Under the pieces are notes generated by a model. It saw only the letters and a program-made list of their open reading frames with translations. It was not told where the DNA came from and did not search any database. A stretch of 64,000 nt of DNA. Source: Phoronis australis (lineage: Eukaryota; Animalia; Phoronida). The first letter of the stretch is position 1; each line of letters starts with the position of its first letter. The DNA lies in the NCBI GenBank assembly GCA_002633005.1, contig NMRA01000548.1:104689-168688 (forward strand), in the 5' to 3' direction. Made by a program: the position numbers and the translations under genes. Shown piece after piece: positions 13,962-28,600 of the stretch.

Positions 13962-14435
13962 TACATAGTTTATTGTACAGTGTATGTTATGACAATACGG
14001 AATAAACATATTTATCTCATTATGCCTCTTTCTCCCTTCTGTGATCTTCACAGGTAATTTACTTGACAGTGGCGACAGGTGCGTGTCCCAGCTGAACTGT
14101 ATCTAAGTTTGGAAAAATATCCTAAGCACCGACACATTTTTCTTCACCTATTTGCTAAAATGTTAGTAGTAGATTTCGCATCCAACCACAAAGTAAACGT
14201 TTTCCTACAGAAACTTTAATTTCAACTGACAGTATACACATAAGTTTAAATTTATCCGATCATTTACAACATCCGGAATTTCAAGTTTTTGGAACCAGAA
14301 AGGTGTTTTGTGCAATGTAATTCTCGAAAAACCAATGAGCGGTCAATAAGTGAAGGTGACATAATTCTATCACATTTGTGGGACCACGCCGTGAAGTGTC
14401 TCTCGAGCCGGTTATCATGTGATCCCGCAAAAGAT

Positions 14436-14901
14436 CTACGGGGAGCCGTTGGGGCGGGAAAATGTCGCCGGAAAAATACGAGCGTAATTATGTACATGTA
14501 CATTACGCCGTTATTTACGGCGTAAAATTACGCTCGTGATATAGTTTAAACTTAGTTAAATTTCCAGCAGCTGAAAGTAACTTACCTTCGTGTCTCAGAA
14601 AGGAGGACACCTGTTTCCACGGGAGGCGTAGAAATTCGTCGACAGCACATTCAACAGAAAGCTATCTGCATGTCCATTCGTAGCCATATTGGTTTTTCGT
14701 GTATGTTAGGTTAACACGCATTGGTTTAAATTTGGAACGTTCTTAAGGTATTTCACGAGCGTACGTCATGTAATTTACGGCAACATTTCACCCATTTAAT
14801 TTACGAGCGTAATTTTATTGCAACACTTTTGCAATTTAATTTACGATCGTAATAACTAGCGTAATTTTACGGCGATACTTTTCCGCAACGGCCCACCATA
14901 G
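14436..14901. mobile_element. MITE with CTA...TAG termini and AGAT target duplication
   Basis: Imperfect TIRs and internal TTACGAGCGTAA-type repeats; absent from the paralogous site at about 50918 (GGAGATCAACCCAATC). Confidence 0.75.
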
Positions 14902-15099
14902 AGATCAACCCAATCACTGAGTCAGCCAGCCGACGACCCTATAGGGCAGCAACCTTGGGTCATTTTAAAACAAGTTCGAGTAACCAGTAAAAGAATTATT
15001 TCATCTTCACTTATTGAACTACTGGATGACTCAAAACATTTAGGGGTACCATAGGATCATAAGCAAGAGCATCGCATGTTACGCAAGAACCATCTACCG

Positions 15100-17100
15100 G
15101 CGAACCTATGAATCATACTTTCGAATCCTAACCAGAGAACCTAGAGAGGGAGACAAATTTCTTTGGACGGCCACTGGCTGCCATTGTTGTTTCATGGACC
15201 GTAGAGAAGTCGGGCTGGCGTGTGTGCAATAAACCAATATGGCAAAATATGACAGCTCCAGTCGGTAGAAAAGCAACGGTGTTTTTTGCACTGCTTACGG
15301 CTGCAGCAACAGTTAACTGAAAATTCGTGACTTATGCTTTTTTCGCTTCCCCATAGATTCAAATAAATGATGCTCACGATTGAAACAAAAGATGTTTTTG
15401 TGTGAAACTGTTGCCAGTCAACCATTGAAAGATGGGTGATTTGAACTTAATGTCTTTATCTTGCAGAGTCTTAGTTAGTTTTATCTATTTACGTCATAAT
15501 AAATGACAATATTCGCAATCCTCCTCTTATTTTACTCTGCAACATAGCTCGTGGCGTACCCCGGACAAAATAGATTACGATAAATTAAAATTAACTTGTT
15601 AAATGCATTTATCGTCATTATTTTGACATTTGTCTCTTTATTTTGATACTAGTCCTTGGGGTTTATTTTGCATTACTCATCTCTATTTATAGCCTCAAAG
15701 GACTACTTTTGTATTCATACATTTCTCTTCGCGACACCTGATTGGTCGCCCATATTTCCTTTGTTCAGTTCAACGTGGTCTCTCTCATTCAGCCACCTAC
15801 CTCGTCGTCTACAAGACCTACGTTCCTTTTCTGTATTTTTCCCCACCCCGGCCATCCCGGGTGTCGGTTTCACTTTCTCTTTTCTCATATACATTTCCAG
15901 TTTTGTGTTCGTGTTCTGTACTTTTCCTTTAAGCCCTTCAGGCAGTTCTTTTGTTTTGTTCCCTCTTTCAGGGCTATTCATTGTACACGCCAGTGGGCGT
16001 TTTGTCCATGCCCATCTTGCAGAGTCTTAGTTAGTTTTATCTATTTACGTCATAATAAATGACAATATTCGCAATCCTCCTCTTGTTTTACTCTGCAACA
16101 TAGCTCGTGGCGTACCCCGGGTAAAATAGATTACGATAAATGTCTTTATTACTGTTTCCTACATTTGATCGCTTGGATGGAAAATTATCGTGAACGGTTT
16201 GCATGATTTTGGGAGCCACTGATTAGTTTATTCTATGCCCATTGATGCTATTTTAGCCTGTTGACGGTTATAACGCAGTTGAAACACTGTATGCGCTTGT
16301 CTATAATCATGGGACCATCAAATTTGAGAAGTAATTATTTGCTTTGAACATGTTCGAAGGTAAAATGCAGTTGACTTTGAGCTTATTTGTATCTACTGTC
16401 AATACACAGGGGACCCTGTCTCAAGATTTTTTGCTTTCAGTATAACAACAGAGATAGCAGCCCCCAAAGTATCGTTGAAAATTATCACCAGTTTTTATTT
16501 TGGGTGGTCGATACCTCCGGTGTTCAAAGCAAAATAAAGATATGAGACACTATACTATTTTACCAATGGGACAATCATAACATAAGAGCAAAATTAACTT
16601 TCAGGCTACTTGACTCACCTCTATTACCGGTACTTATAAATATATGTTCAAAACTGTTAAAACTGTCAGAAATCAAAAAGCCTGAAAATGGCTGATAGAT
16701 TTCTCTAACTTGCACTTAAAATCCATTGAAGAGTTCCCATGCAACTTGCACATTTGAAGCCGAAATAATGCATTTATGAAATGTTGAGTAGCAATGGAAA
16801 ATGTAGACAACACCGTAATGAATTTTTGGCTGAAACTGTTAACAGGTGTTGACAGTTACCATTCTAGCCACTGGATCAGTGCTGAAACGTTTGAAACAGG
16901 TTACCTGACACTCATGTTTTTGGTGAGTCAATAGGAAGTTGTGCCAAAGACCCCCCACTTTGAATCACAGAATTACTCTAATGACAATGAGATTTAAGTA
17001 ATAACAGTGAAATGCTTTCATCTCACAGAAGATGTAACAGTTGTACACAAGCAGGTTACACCAAACTACCAACAGTCAATGCTCTGCTTCATCTGTGTAG
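15100..17100 (+). mobile_element. Degenerate THAP/P-element-like transposon remnant
   Basis: From 15238: MAKYDSSSR*KSNGVFCTAYGCSNS*LKIRDLCFFRFP, the start of a THAP finger. Weak P-transposase-like traces follow downstream. Homologous to 56580-56770 (inverted). Right boundary uncertain. Confidence 0.55.
15459..16141. repeat. Small non-coding element bounded by about 125-bp direct repeats (15459-15585, 16015-16141)
   Basis: TCTTGCAGAGTCTTAGTTAG...AGATTACGATAAA occurs twice, nearly identical; AATGTCTTTAT occurs at both outer junctions (15449-15459, 16139-16149). Confidence 0.8.
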
Positions 17101-17589
17101 CCTGTAGGTCCCAAAGGGTCGGTAAATATTTTTGAATTGTCCAATCACAACTGGGCAACATGTCTCCCAAGATGTCCATGTTGCCACAAGATAAAATTTC
17201 TTCTGTATGCCTGATACCGAATAGACGCATTCTGATCGGTCTCTGGCCTCGTGCCATCACATCATTTCGTTGCAGTTTGTCGAAGGCAAGTACACCTGCA
17301 TCCAGACAAAACACTCGAAAATCCTGAAACCATTGGTAAAATATATGTTCATGTTGTTTCAACACTGTTGCAGATTTGATAGGGAACTGAGTAGTAACAC
17401 TTGTCTCCTGTAAATGAATTACAAGCAACAACTGGTTGATGAGGGTTGACATCCTGTGCTGGACAATCACAATGTATAGAATTATTGCAGACTATGAACT
17501 CACCAATACTTTTGTAAATTGACATTTGGTTGGTTTTGGATGGGATTTACAACAGAGATTTGATTTGAGTTACTTATCAAAAATATGTT

Positions 17590-18205
17590 TTTGTAATGAA
17601 CATAATAATAATAATTAACTTTACTTATGGAGGATAAAATACAATAGATATAAAACATGCTTTAGTCAAAGGCTAATATACAGCATGGTCCTCTGTATCA
17701 AAAATTAAATTAAATAAATTATGATATATGAAAAGAGAAATAAAATAAATTAAGTTACATTAAATTAAATAGTATTTACAAATTGGATTTACAGATTGAA
17801 TTGAAAGTAAATAAAAACTTTTATGTGGTATATACATTGGAGCGACAAAAAGGAGGGACAGCTATGACGACCACAGGTAACTAATGAGTTGGTGTCTGAA
17901 ATTATCATAACGGTCAGCCTCCTTTAGACTATTTGGCAAGTTGTTCCACTGTTGATTAGCCTGAATAAAGAAGGACTTGGAATAAAACGAAGTTCTGTGT
18001 TTAGTCAAAACCAAATTATTTGAGGTAGAAAATCTTGTCCTGATTTGGTGGCTATTTCGAACAAGTACGAGGTTACGAGATAAATAAGTCGGTACATTAT
18101 TGTGAAAACACTTATGCATCCTACACAAACGCCTATACATAAAATATTTGTCAATAGGGAGCCAGCCCAGGCTGTTAAACATATGAGTTGATGGAGTGTT
18201 AAAAG
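17590..18205 (-). mobile_element. L2/Crack/CR1-group LINE 3' fragment
   Basis: PSTHMFNSLGWLPI..YRRL..MHKC.HN.VPTYL...H..RTR...SFF....QWNNLPNSLK...F, followed by an AT-rich tail. Confidence 0.7.
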
Positions 18206-20574
18206 GTTCACCTAGTGAGTTGAATTTGATGGCTGAACATCTGTTTAAATCAATTGGAGACTCCAGCTTAAAGTACCTACAGGTAAGAGTCTTTGCGGTT
18301 CTGGTAATATGAATATGACCCACCATGAAAATGGAAAATAGAACAAGCTTTCAAAAACTTCTAGACAATTTTGTAAAATGTCCCCCACTAATACGTGTAG
18401 TCAATTCTAAAAACTTTGTAGTGAGTGAATTTTTAGACAAGATCAGTGAATACTTACAGGTAATAATGTGACTCAGTTAGCAGCTTGCTGCCCACAGCAT
18501 AGTTTCTTTTTCAGTTAGAATTTTTTGACACCTGTGACAAGTGCACCGTGGTGGAACTTCTGATGATGCCGGGTAATGATCCAATGAAGTGAGCTCTGGT
18601 AGCCTAAACACAGAGACTACATGTATAGTAAGTTCTCGCATGGCGACATACTACAGTAAGGCTTTCAATTCCTGCCCTCATTCATGCGATGGATTCAATT
18701 CTACAGTGAAAGGAATTCACTGACTACATTCACACCAATGAGAACATTTTTTTAACACTATAACTCTTATTTATAATGATTATAGGATTTATTTGCCAAC
18801 ATTTACAAAGACAACCATTGTATGACTATCAGATTTTTCAATAAAATCATCCAAGTATTTGTTTTATAACTGGCATGATACTTTTTCTGTCGTCAAGAAG
18901 ACTTTCGACTCGGTTAACCTCTTGAGCTTTTCTTCCAGAAATGTCCCATACCTGAAAAACAGGGAACTTCGCCGTGTGAACGGTGAGGAATCTTTCTGGG
19001 GACTGCGGTTTGGTTGGTGTTTTATGTGGCATGGGTATGAGGATTTGTACTGTGGGCTTTGTATCTGCTGGTCTAGGATAGGGGTTTGGAGTATCGTAGC
19101 TTAATATAGAGATGCAGCTATTGTTTCAACGCCCTGCCCTAAGTCATGTACTCTGATTTTCACGAAAGACGTCGCTCTAGTCTGTTGGCGACTGGTCTTT
19201 CACGGATGGCACTTACATTTACAGAAAATCGGGAAAAACGGGTGCGGTGATGAGACCGGATCACGCGAGATCATATCGGTTCGTTTCCGCGCCAAATAAA
19301 GGGCAGAAAAACCGATCGATATCGTTGTAATTTGAAAGACTTTCGTAGCAATTATGATCATATTTTTGAAAAAAATGGTAATTATAAACTGTGTAATTGA
19401 GAAAGTCCGTATTTGTCGACTTGTTTATGTACAAAATAAATACTTAAATGCCTTGTCATGACATACTTGGTGAAAGCCTTATCGATGGAATCCCAGAGTG
19501 GAATCGTGACGTATCCGTGTGATGTTGGGGTATCTCTAGTACTAATTGAAGCAATTTCAAAACGAAAAACATCATTTAAACGGTTTAGTTACCACTAAGT
19601 GAACATAAAAGGTTCACTGTGCGATTAAAATGAAATAAAACTAGCAGAAGAAGCACAGTTGACAGGTCAACTAATTGCGCTATTGACGTTCCCACACTGA
19701 ACTGCAATTTGTTTGCTTATTGGCCCTGTACTTCACCAAACTTTTGTAGATCTTTGCTGTGCGCTAATTACAATGCCATAACAGCAACATTTTTTGCGAG
19801 ACGTTAGTGATGATGATAATGATGATGAATAAACTAGTGGTAACGTTTTGTAGTACTGTTCCAATTAGCGATATAATTCAAGGAAATGACCAAGTAGTTT
19901 ATGCTCAACCAGAGGATGTGACATCAACAAGTGACGGTGTGAAATGTTGTTAAAACAAGGAATTAGCTCCCAACGTTGCAACTATGGTAATCGAAGAAGG
20001 ACACATTGTGTTAGAATGGTGCGTTTAATGCAGATAAAAATACTTTCAATAATATCTATTCGTATCACAACAGGTTTCACAGCACCAAATTTCTATACCT
20101 TTTCTAAAACCCAGAATTTCCAAATCTGAGCCTGGAAGTTTTTTTACGTAAATCTGGGAAAGCTGCCACAAATAATCACAACATACATTCATTCAACGCA
20201 GATGTACTAAATAAAAAATAAAAATGCCTCTCAAAGGCACCACAACATGGTATTAACAGGGAACCCAGCAGCCCTTTTAGGTCACCCTGAAGTACAAAAA
20301 CTTGGGGCAGAGTCGGAAATTCACAGCATTAAAATAAGATTTTCATGAATGATTTTACAGTTAAAATTTCCCTTTAAGTTTTGATTTTTGACAGAGTAAC
20401 ACCATCAGTGATAGCGTTATCAAAGCAACAAATGTGCATAGAACGTCATATAGATATGCATTCTCAACCTTAACTACAGTATATATGGGAAATCCAAAAT
20501 CTATTAATATTTCAAATGTTTATATAAAGGTAATCCAGTGTTATACATTGACGTTAGTTGCTAAAGACACGATC

Positions 20575-20734
20575 TTACATGTTCTCAGTCGTTATCCCCC
20601 TTATCTAGAGCACTCGTGGATTTTGGAGAATTATCACCCTCGGGGCTGACGCCCCTCGGGCGATAATTCTCCAAAATCCACTCGGGCTCTAGATAACGGG
20701 GGATAACGACTTCGCCATGTAATAATCTATATTT
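20575..20734. repeat. Palindromic repeat (HINE-like terminus); partial copy at 55262-55370
   Basis: AGTCGTTATCCCC..TCTAGAGC..GTGGATTTTGGAGAATTATC-hairpin-GATAATTCTCCAAAATCCAC..GCTCTAGA..GGGGATAACGACT folds back on itself. Confidence 0.7.
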
Positions 20735-23700
20735 ATCATATAGCACAAGTTCCTTTTGTATGTATCCGTCTAACCAATTAAAATATTATTCTTTGATCAA
20801 AACCCCTTTAAGCATATAAAGCGCTGAGATCATTCAGTGGCTAACTCAGTACACGTATGCAACCGATTGTGACTACACATACTCATCATTTCTTGCGAGA
20901 AAAACACTCGTAGCTTACATATCAGAGAGTCTCTCAAGATTTTTAAATCAAAAGCATTATGTCATGACTCTTTAACCACATTGGTACTGCCACTATTATT
21001 ATCGGCTTCGTTAACTGAAGTGGACTATTGATATCTGTTGTCACTTTTCATTTCTACCATTCGTCACTGACATTTTCACCAATATAAAGTAAAGCTGGTG
21101 TAAACTACCACACCATCACTTAAGATCAAAAACTAAACAATAAGTTGTCATCACTTTTACAACCTCTTTTCTTAAACCAGATCCTCTTATAAACAAGAAC
21201 AGTTATCAATCAGTTTTACAGTTAACTAACACGGAATTTTAAAAATCAATTACGCAAAAATTCTCCAGGTTCGGACAGTAAATAATTGTTTTGATCAAAG
21301 TCGGAGCTTGTCCCAATTTTTAGAAATTCACACAGAAACTCAAGGGGAATGGTAACAATTGATTAAATGTTTGTCATGAGAGTCACTGTTTATCAACCTA
21401 CAAGAGTAATCTTGCAACCTGTTATGCTAAAACACAGCGTTCGGAATTTGAAAAGTACGAAAATATAAAAATCACTCATGCCTCAAATTTCAGGATGAAA
21501 AAATTAAATTTGATTTATTTTGAAATCTGTGTTCTGAATTTAGGAGACTGTCTTAATCTGGAGAATTTTTAATGTATTATATTCCCCAATAATTGTTATC
21601 ATCAACTTTAAAATTATATGTTAAGAACAGTGCCGAAGCGCCTCAGACAAGAGAGCACAAAGGGGGTGGGAGCACAATGCACACAGTGCTAGGCAGGCAA
21701 ACGGTGCCGCAAAGCGCCTCTGACACAGAGGGCAAAGGGGTGAGGGCACAAGTGTACAAGAAAACAAGGGGGGGAGGCGGGGGGGAGAAAATGAGACGGG
21801 ACATGAAGGGGATCGAACCCAAGACTAAAATGTGCCGGGGGAGACTAGGCAAAATGGTCCAGCCGGACGTAGGACGAACCATGACAAGCACAATGAATAG
21901 GCATCGGTGAGAACAGGAAAAAAAGAGCTTTGTGTGCTAGAGAGTCAGAGTATAACAGTTTTCCAAATAATATGCATGTCTTTGACTTTGCCTTTTTCAG
22001 TGGAGTATTAAAGCTCACTGAAATTAAATGTAAACAGCAAAGGCTTTCCATTTTTACTAGCATGAGTGATGCGCCCCCTAGAATTATCTGCGTTCAAGCG
22101 AGTTGACTTACGGCTGTAAAATTTTAATCACTGATCAATTTTAGTACTGCAAATGGGAAAATTGTTTTATAAAGCTTTTGCAGAAATTCTATAGTTACTG
22201 AATTACAAAATAGGGCTCTGCACGGATATAACGGTCCCTGACATGGATAACAAGTTTCGTCCACTGATAGCAACGCTGGAAGATTTAAGGTGGATTATGC
22301 CTCACACTGGCGGGCGCGGTAAAAATAGGAGGGCGTGCAGCATAAAAATGGCCAGTTGACGATTTGGTTAGCTGAACGAAGGACGATCGAAGAAAAAGTT
22401 TAATAACGGGAGTATTTGTTCGAGTTGGAAGGTATTAAATACATCGACGGCCTCCTAAGGTGGCCCTCTATGCGCATGAGGTATTTAAAACAATGTGGCT
22501 TTGATGTTTTAGTCAGTGCGAAGCGCCTATAGGAGCTCCGTGTCTATTGCCGTTGCCAGTAGAGACGGTTGTCACTGTCTAATCCACTGAATAATAGGCA
22601 TGTTATTCAATTGTTACATTCATCAATTTTATTTGGCCATGTCTTTGTCCAATTGTCCGTTTTCCATTTTTCCCTACTATGAAGTGACAAACAACACGTG
22701 TATTCGCCTGGCCATTTGCTGTCACTGGTGCGTTCCATCTGGCTAACACTAACAGTCCGACTCTGTGAGGTATAACTAGTGAACTGCACTGAGGTTATTA
22801 CAACGTATTGATAGCCTCATTCTCAAAACCATTATATCCGACTTGTTTCCAAAGTAGTTAGGTGTTAAAAGACTGTTCTCTGAAGGCGAAGTCCAAGCGG
22901 CGACAGTCACAGTGAGGTGTCGAAAATTACCAATTTACCTTCTGTTTTAACTCACTTTTTATTCACGTACAACCGTACAGGCGTACAGCCAACATTAGAT
23001 TCCGAAAGCAAATTTCCTACGGATTCCAAAAATGTGGTCCAAAATTACTGTCAACCAATTGTTTTTTGCAAATCTGGCTACCTGAAATCGCGGCAAATTT
23101 CTCAGTTGCTACACAGCAATGCACAGTTGCAACAGGTGGCCAGCATCTTGAAGAAGAGTTGCCTACATGCAATACCTAACTAAAAATGCCCGCAAGCCTG
23201 GCCTATAGCCCTCGATTTCAATATTTTGGAAGTGCAAATTGGCTGATCAGTGCCACCTAATATAGGCCTAGGCCTACTCCATATGAGTAAGATTATTCAC
23301 GCTGTACTCTATTGCAAACTCAGGATAGTGAACAGAACAATGTCACGCAGGAAACTTATTTCCCGGAAGAAATTGATATCGTCGTTTGTTAGAAATGGTG
23401 CTCCTACGTGTTGCATATAATCTTCCCGAAGAGGAAACGTAACTAGCTCGACGTAGTCAGAGATCACTAAAACTCGGTCACGTGGTTGAATTTGCACACA
23501 CAAGGGCTATACTGACATGTCGATTTCTAATGACTCGGGATAGTTGAGAGAACTGATCGAGATTCACAGCAAATTAATCTAGTTGTTTACGAGTAAGAAT
23601 CAAGTACTGTGATTTCCAAATGTTTGTACGTTCTGGTTTTTAGCTGACAACAAGTCGCGAAACACCCAACTCGACCTCGATCGCTTGTGCTCGACACGAG

Positions 23701-24190
23701 TTTTTCTTCCGTCTGTTGGTTTTGGTGTGCATTATAGGTATTCACTCCACTGGCAGCGCCGCATAAATAATGAGGTTTCGCTGAAGGTCCGCACACATTT
23801 TATAAATTTAAAAAAAATAATAGTAGGTAACGGGAGTACGTACATGACTGTAATTCACGAAAAGTGTTAATCTTAGTGTTCTCTTTCGACTGGCAAATTG
23901 AAACTCATTTTGTGGTCTAAGTAGGTGAAAGTAAAGGAAACAGTGCCTTTAATGGGAAATTGCCGGATATATTGACAATTATCTTCAGTTTCATTAGTCA
24001 TTCCCAAGTGATTTTTTGAAATGGAAACTAGCACAAGTATCGAGAGCCTGAGGTTCTATCGATCGACCTTTTCTCCGTTTAAAGGTGTGTGGTTTTAAAA
24101 AGCCATCAGTAGCTAGCAGAGCGGAGTGCAAAACAGTTGACTACCTACTGACGTATAACTATTCATTGACTTCAGCACATTAACCTTCAA

Positions 24191-24518
24191 ATGTTTCGTC
24201 AACAACCAAACTTCGTTTTTCTTTTTGTATTTGTCGCATTTTGCGAAGCAAATGAAATTTGGTTCCAGAAGAGCGAGAACCTGAAGGCAACAAGTTGTCC
24301 GGTGAGAACGAGCACCCCTACACTCGCTTTATGCTTCGCGAGTTGTTTGGTACAGAACCGTGGTGAACCTGGGAAGTGTGTGATTATTAACTTTAACGAG
24401 AACTCGTCAGCTTGTGACTTGTGTGACGTAAATAGCAAATTCATACACCTGCAGTCTATATGGCAAACTTGGGTCTCTGCACCAGTTGAAGAAACAATCA
24501 AGCTGATCGCAGCCGCAG
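24191..24518 (+). CDS. PAN/Apple-FReD gene B, coding exon 1 (signal peptide + PAN/Apple-like domain)
   Basis: Paralogue of 1054-1375 with all cysteines kept and a 2-codon insertion; phase-1 donor CAG|GTGAG. Confidence 0.85.
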
Positions 24519-25130
24519 GTGAGAAGACACCATACGTTGTACGTTTTGCTTAAAGATAAAGTAATTGTACCTATATACCGTATATTTCAAATGTACGTGC
24601 ACACGCAGTGTAGTCAATACATTCTTTTCAAATGTTTATAGAACTTTCTCGTACTGTTACCTTAGTTGAACTGTAAAACTATGTTCACCTTTCCCAGAAT
24701 GAAGGACAAAACACACCTAATCATGATGTATTCTGTTAAGTCAGTTATAACATGGAAGTACTGGACCAGTACTGTGCCACTAACGTCAGCGATGCTAGAC
24801 CTGTACCGCAGGCCCGTAGAGGGCCGCGAATAATTCCGTGCACATAGGCCACTATACTGGACCTCTACCGTTACCAGTAGGCCTACTAAGCCAGTATTGG
24901 GCCATTTCCAAGGCCATACACACTTAATATTTTGACACCCAGATATAATGTTTTCTAGCCGTTTCTGACCTTATCTCCAATTACTGCACTTCAAATTTTT
25001 CGTAATAAATATTTAAAAAGGCCTTACATAATCTTACCAGCCCTCGCGAATATACATGTACGTGGGCATGCACTTGAACAGTAGCCAGTGGCGTAACAAG
25101 GATTATCGCCGCCCGGGGTAGACTAGCCAG

Positions 25131-25483
25131 TGTTGATGTTTGGTGAGACATTGCGCACGAATTGGACTTAATGGTCAGGATGATATGCCGGTTAATAAAA
25201 GAACACCATGTTTCTGTACAAGAAACTATCTTTCAGACTGTTTTATTATATGATCGCATTAATATATATACACAAGTAGCGTTCCCATATAAGGCAAGAT
25301 ATAGCAAAACTGCATTCCAAGACTATAGCATTCCAAGACTATAGCATTCCAAGACTATAGCATTCCACTAATTATCTCTTATACAACTATTTCTTATGCA
25401 ATTCTTATACAACAATCTCTTATGTAATTCTTATACAATTTCTTATGTAATTTATAATACATCATGGAGATCATCCTCCAACA
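25131..25483 (-). repeat. copia 3' LTR (353 bp)
   Basis: TGTTG...CAACA ends; three copies of 16-bp CCAAGACTATAGCATT; adjacent to the polypurine tract at 25484-25492. Confidence 0.95.
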
Positions 25484-25617
25484 CCCCCACTTGACCTACA
25501 CTATCCTCAACATGCATATAAGGAGATTCAAATAGATATCCTAAATGCAACACCCACAATTATTACATATAGTATCATACTTACAAGACATAACATACAG
25601 TTTTACAAATACACAGC

Positions 25618-28600
25618 TTAACTACCCATGAAGATTTGTCTAAACTTCATAGCTTTGTCACCTGGGACAGGCTTTGTGAATAAATCAGCAATATTCTGAT
25701 CAGTGGGTACATATTCAATTTTCATAGAATTTTTCTGTATTTCATCTCTGACAAAATGGTATCTAATATCAATATGTTTAGACCTCTGATGCACAACGGG
25801 GTTTTTGGTCAGTGCAAGAGCACTCTGACTGTCACAGTACATACTGAAATGTTGTACTCTACAACCACTCATATCCTGTAATAACGCTTTCAAGAAAATA
25901 CCTTCCTGTGTTGCAGCCGATATTGACATGTATTCTGCTTCACAAGTCGAAAGAGCGACCGTAGGTTGTTTTCTAGTTTTCCACGATATCAGTGGACCCT
26001 GATCAGACAACACAAAACCATAACCGGTCATACTTTTTCTATCCTCACAGTTAGCCCAATCTGCATCACAGAATCCAATTAGTTTAAGAGTGTCAGCTGA
26101 TTTTCGAAACACTAGTTTCTTATCGATCGTGCTTTTCACATACCTAAGTGCATGTTTTGCTATGGTCATGTGATTAGAGGTAGGTGATGACATGTACTGA
26201 GATAGTTTGGAGACAACGTAGCACAAGTCGGGTCTTGTTGCTGTCATGGCATAAATTAGGCTTCCTACTATCTCCCGATAAAGCTTAGCATCAGCTGGCT
26301 CAGCCTGCTCCCAACAGAGCTTGTTTATATTCATGTCACATGGAGTGGATTTTGGTTTGCAATCTTGCATTCCAAACTTTTCCAATACTCTCTTCAAATA
26401 TTGAGACTGACTCATAGTAATGACACCTTCATGGTGTTCAAATTCTATACAGAGAAACCAGGAAATCTGGCCGAGATCTTTCATTCTGAAAATCTCCTTT
26501 AAGCGTTGTTTCACATTTTCAAGACTAGGGGTAGAACTTGCAGCTATGATGATGTCATCTACCTACGTAACGATAATGACCACTTCACTGTCGGAAATTT
26601 TAGCGTAAACACATGGATCTACCAGTGACCGACAGAAACCCTGCTCAACCAAATGTGAATGAAGCAAATTATTCCAATTTCTCCCACTTTGTTTCAGGCC
26701 ATACAATGATTTCTTCAACTTGTACACTAAGTTTTCACCAGTTTCACTTTTTACCTCAAAACCTTCTGGTTGTTCAACATACAATTCACAATCAATGGGC
26801 GCGTTCAGATATGCTGACTTTACATCCATCTGGTGTACAAAGAAATCATTCTGGACAGCTAATTGCATCAACGTCCTAATGGAAGTATGTCTTGCAGTAG
26901 GGGCAAAGGTTTCATGGTAATCAATGTTTGGTATCTGAGAGAAACCTTTTGCGACAAATCTAGCTTTGTACTGTTCTTCGTTGTTTTGTCCTAACTTTAC
27001 AGCATAAACCCATTTTCCCCCCACTGCTTTCCTGCCTGAAGGTAAGACAGTCAGCTCAAAAGTATCATTGTCGTTCAAAGCATCAATTTTTGCTTCCATT
27101 GCCTGTTGCCAATCATAAGACCTGCTACAAGTAACAGCTTCCCGATATGACTGTGGAACACTTGCAATGTGATAACACCCATGTACAGTGTAATTCACAC
27201 TGTCATCTATTAGCTCATTGACATCATTTCCAATAACATAATCCTTGTGCCATATGGGGTGTGACTTAATTCGATTAGGGTATCTTCTGCCACTTTCATG
27301 TGGCTGTTTAGTTTGGGCATTCTCATCTGGGGGCATATTATCTGGTTGAGGTTCAATTATAGGCTTACCGTTTGCAAACAAACAGTCATCTTCTGGCTCA
27401 TCAGGATCCTGCACTTGTTTGTTTTGAAGTAGGTTGGGCTCATTTGTGAACTTAACACATCTGACTTTTCTTATGATCTGGTTTGCTGGGACATAAACCA
27501 GATATGAAGGGCTACCCTTGTCATACCCTACAAAAATGCCTTTTTCACTTCTATCATCCAATTTCTTTGGGTTTTGCATTAAGGCATAACACGTACTACC
27601 AAATTTCTGCATATGGGAAATATTTGGCTTGAAACCAGTAAAAGACTCAAATGGGGTACATTTGTTCTCGAATTGTAGCACCTGTTTCGCGTGTAGCAAG
27701 CCGTCATTAGTGCGTAAGTCCACATGGACTTGGGTACACCTGCCTGCACTAGAAGGCACCTTGCTGATTCGAACAGTGTTCTCCAGGAGCGTTCGACCGT
27801 ACCATTTTGGTGGGGTGAATAGGGGGCCGAGCATTCATGCTTAATTTTATTCTTTATGAGAAGTGATTCAAATGCTTCGGATGTAAACTCGCCCCCCTGG
27901 TCACTCCTGATTCGCTTAACTGCGCCATAAGGGCTAATTTCCGCAAGGAATTTTTCGGTTGCCCTTACTGTGTCACTTTTCTGCTTCAAAAAAAGTAGAT
28001 CATGATCAATCCAGAAAAATCATCGACACAACCGAGAACGTATCTGAAACCTTCCCTTGCTGGGGGATCAACAGGACCCGCCAAGTCAAAATGGACCAGC
28101 TCCAAAATTGATGTTGCTCGTTTGTCTGGGGTTCTGTTGAAACTCTGGGTCATTTTACCAATGAGGCATGGACCACAGTCAAATTCCTTTTTGTCTAACA
28201 ATGTCATGCCCTCAACAACATCGTGTAATTTCAAGACATCCTTAGTATTGCAATGCCCTAAAATTTCATGCCACTCCTTAAGAGTATGTTTGGCTGATTT
28301 TTGAGAAAACACACTATTTAAGTAATACAATTTGCCACGTTTCCTGATCTGAAACTCTGTACCGTTCGCTATCAACGTAGCTGAATCTTTGCTAAACTCA
28401 ACCTTAGCACCCCTATCAACAGCTGATTGGACCGAGAAGATATTCTGGGAAAATGATGGGACATATAATGCATCCTTCAACAAGCATTTATGGAGAGAAC
28501 CCTTCCCATCGATAAGATCTATACATGCGTCACCCCTCTTGAGAGCTAAATTATTGGTCCTACTGCCGTCTGCCAACTCTAGGTAATGACGCGCGGGATC

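Larger units (their letters stand above)
850..15042 (+). repeat. Tandem segmental duplication unit, copy A (copy B about 23950-51055)
   Basis: Upstream region, all exons, exon-flanking intron sequence and about 2 kb of 3' flank align by eye with copy B (e.g. 14905-15042 vs 50918-51055). Boundaries approximate. Confidence 0.85.

Noticed and set aside
21593-21910. 105-aa purine-rich ORF
   Set aside because: No recognisable domain or splice context; it contains an internal short direct repeat and is likely repeat-derived.
25162-25344. Duplicated 60-aa ORF (also 29709-29891)
   Set aside because: Antisense ORF within the two LTRs; duplicated only because the LTRs are.
26563-26565. Stop-codon read-through in copia RT
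   Set aside because: It falls in the catalytic (W/Y)VDD motif and is one substitution from TGG, TAT or TAC; a nonsense mutation is simpler.
27980-27998. Programmed ribosomal frameshift at the T7 run in the copia ORF
   Set aside because: It lies inside the integrase core, where copia elements have a continuous frame; removing one T restores YFLKQKS. Mutation or sequencing error is simpler.
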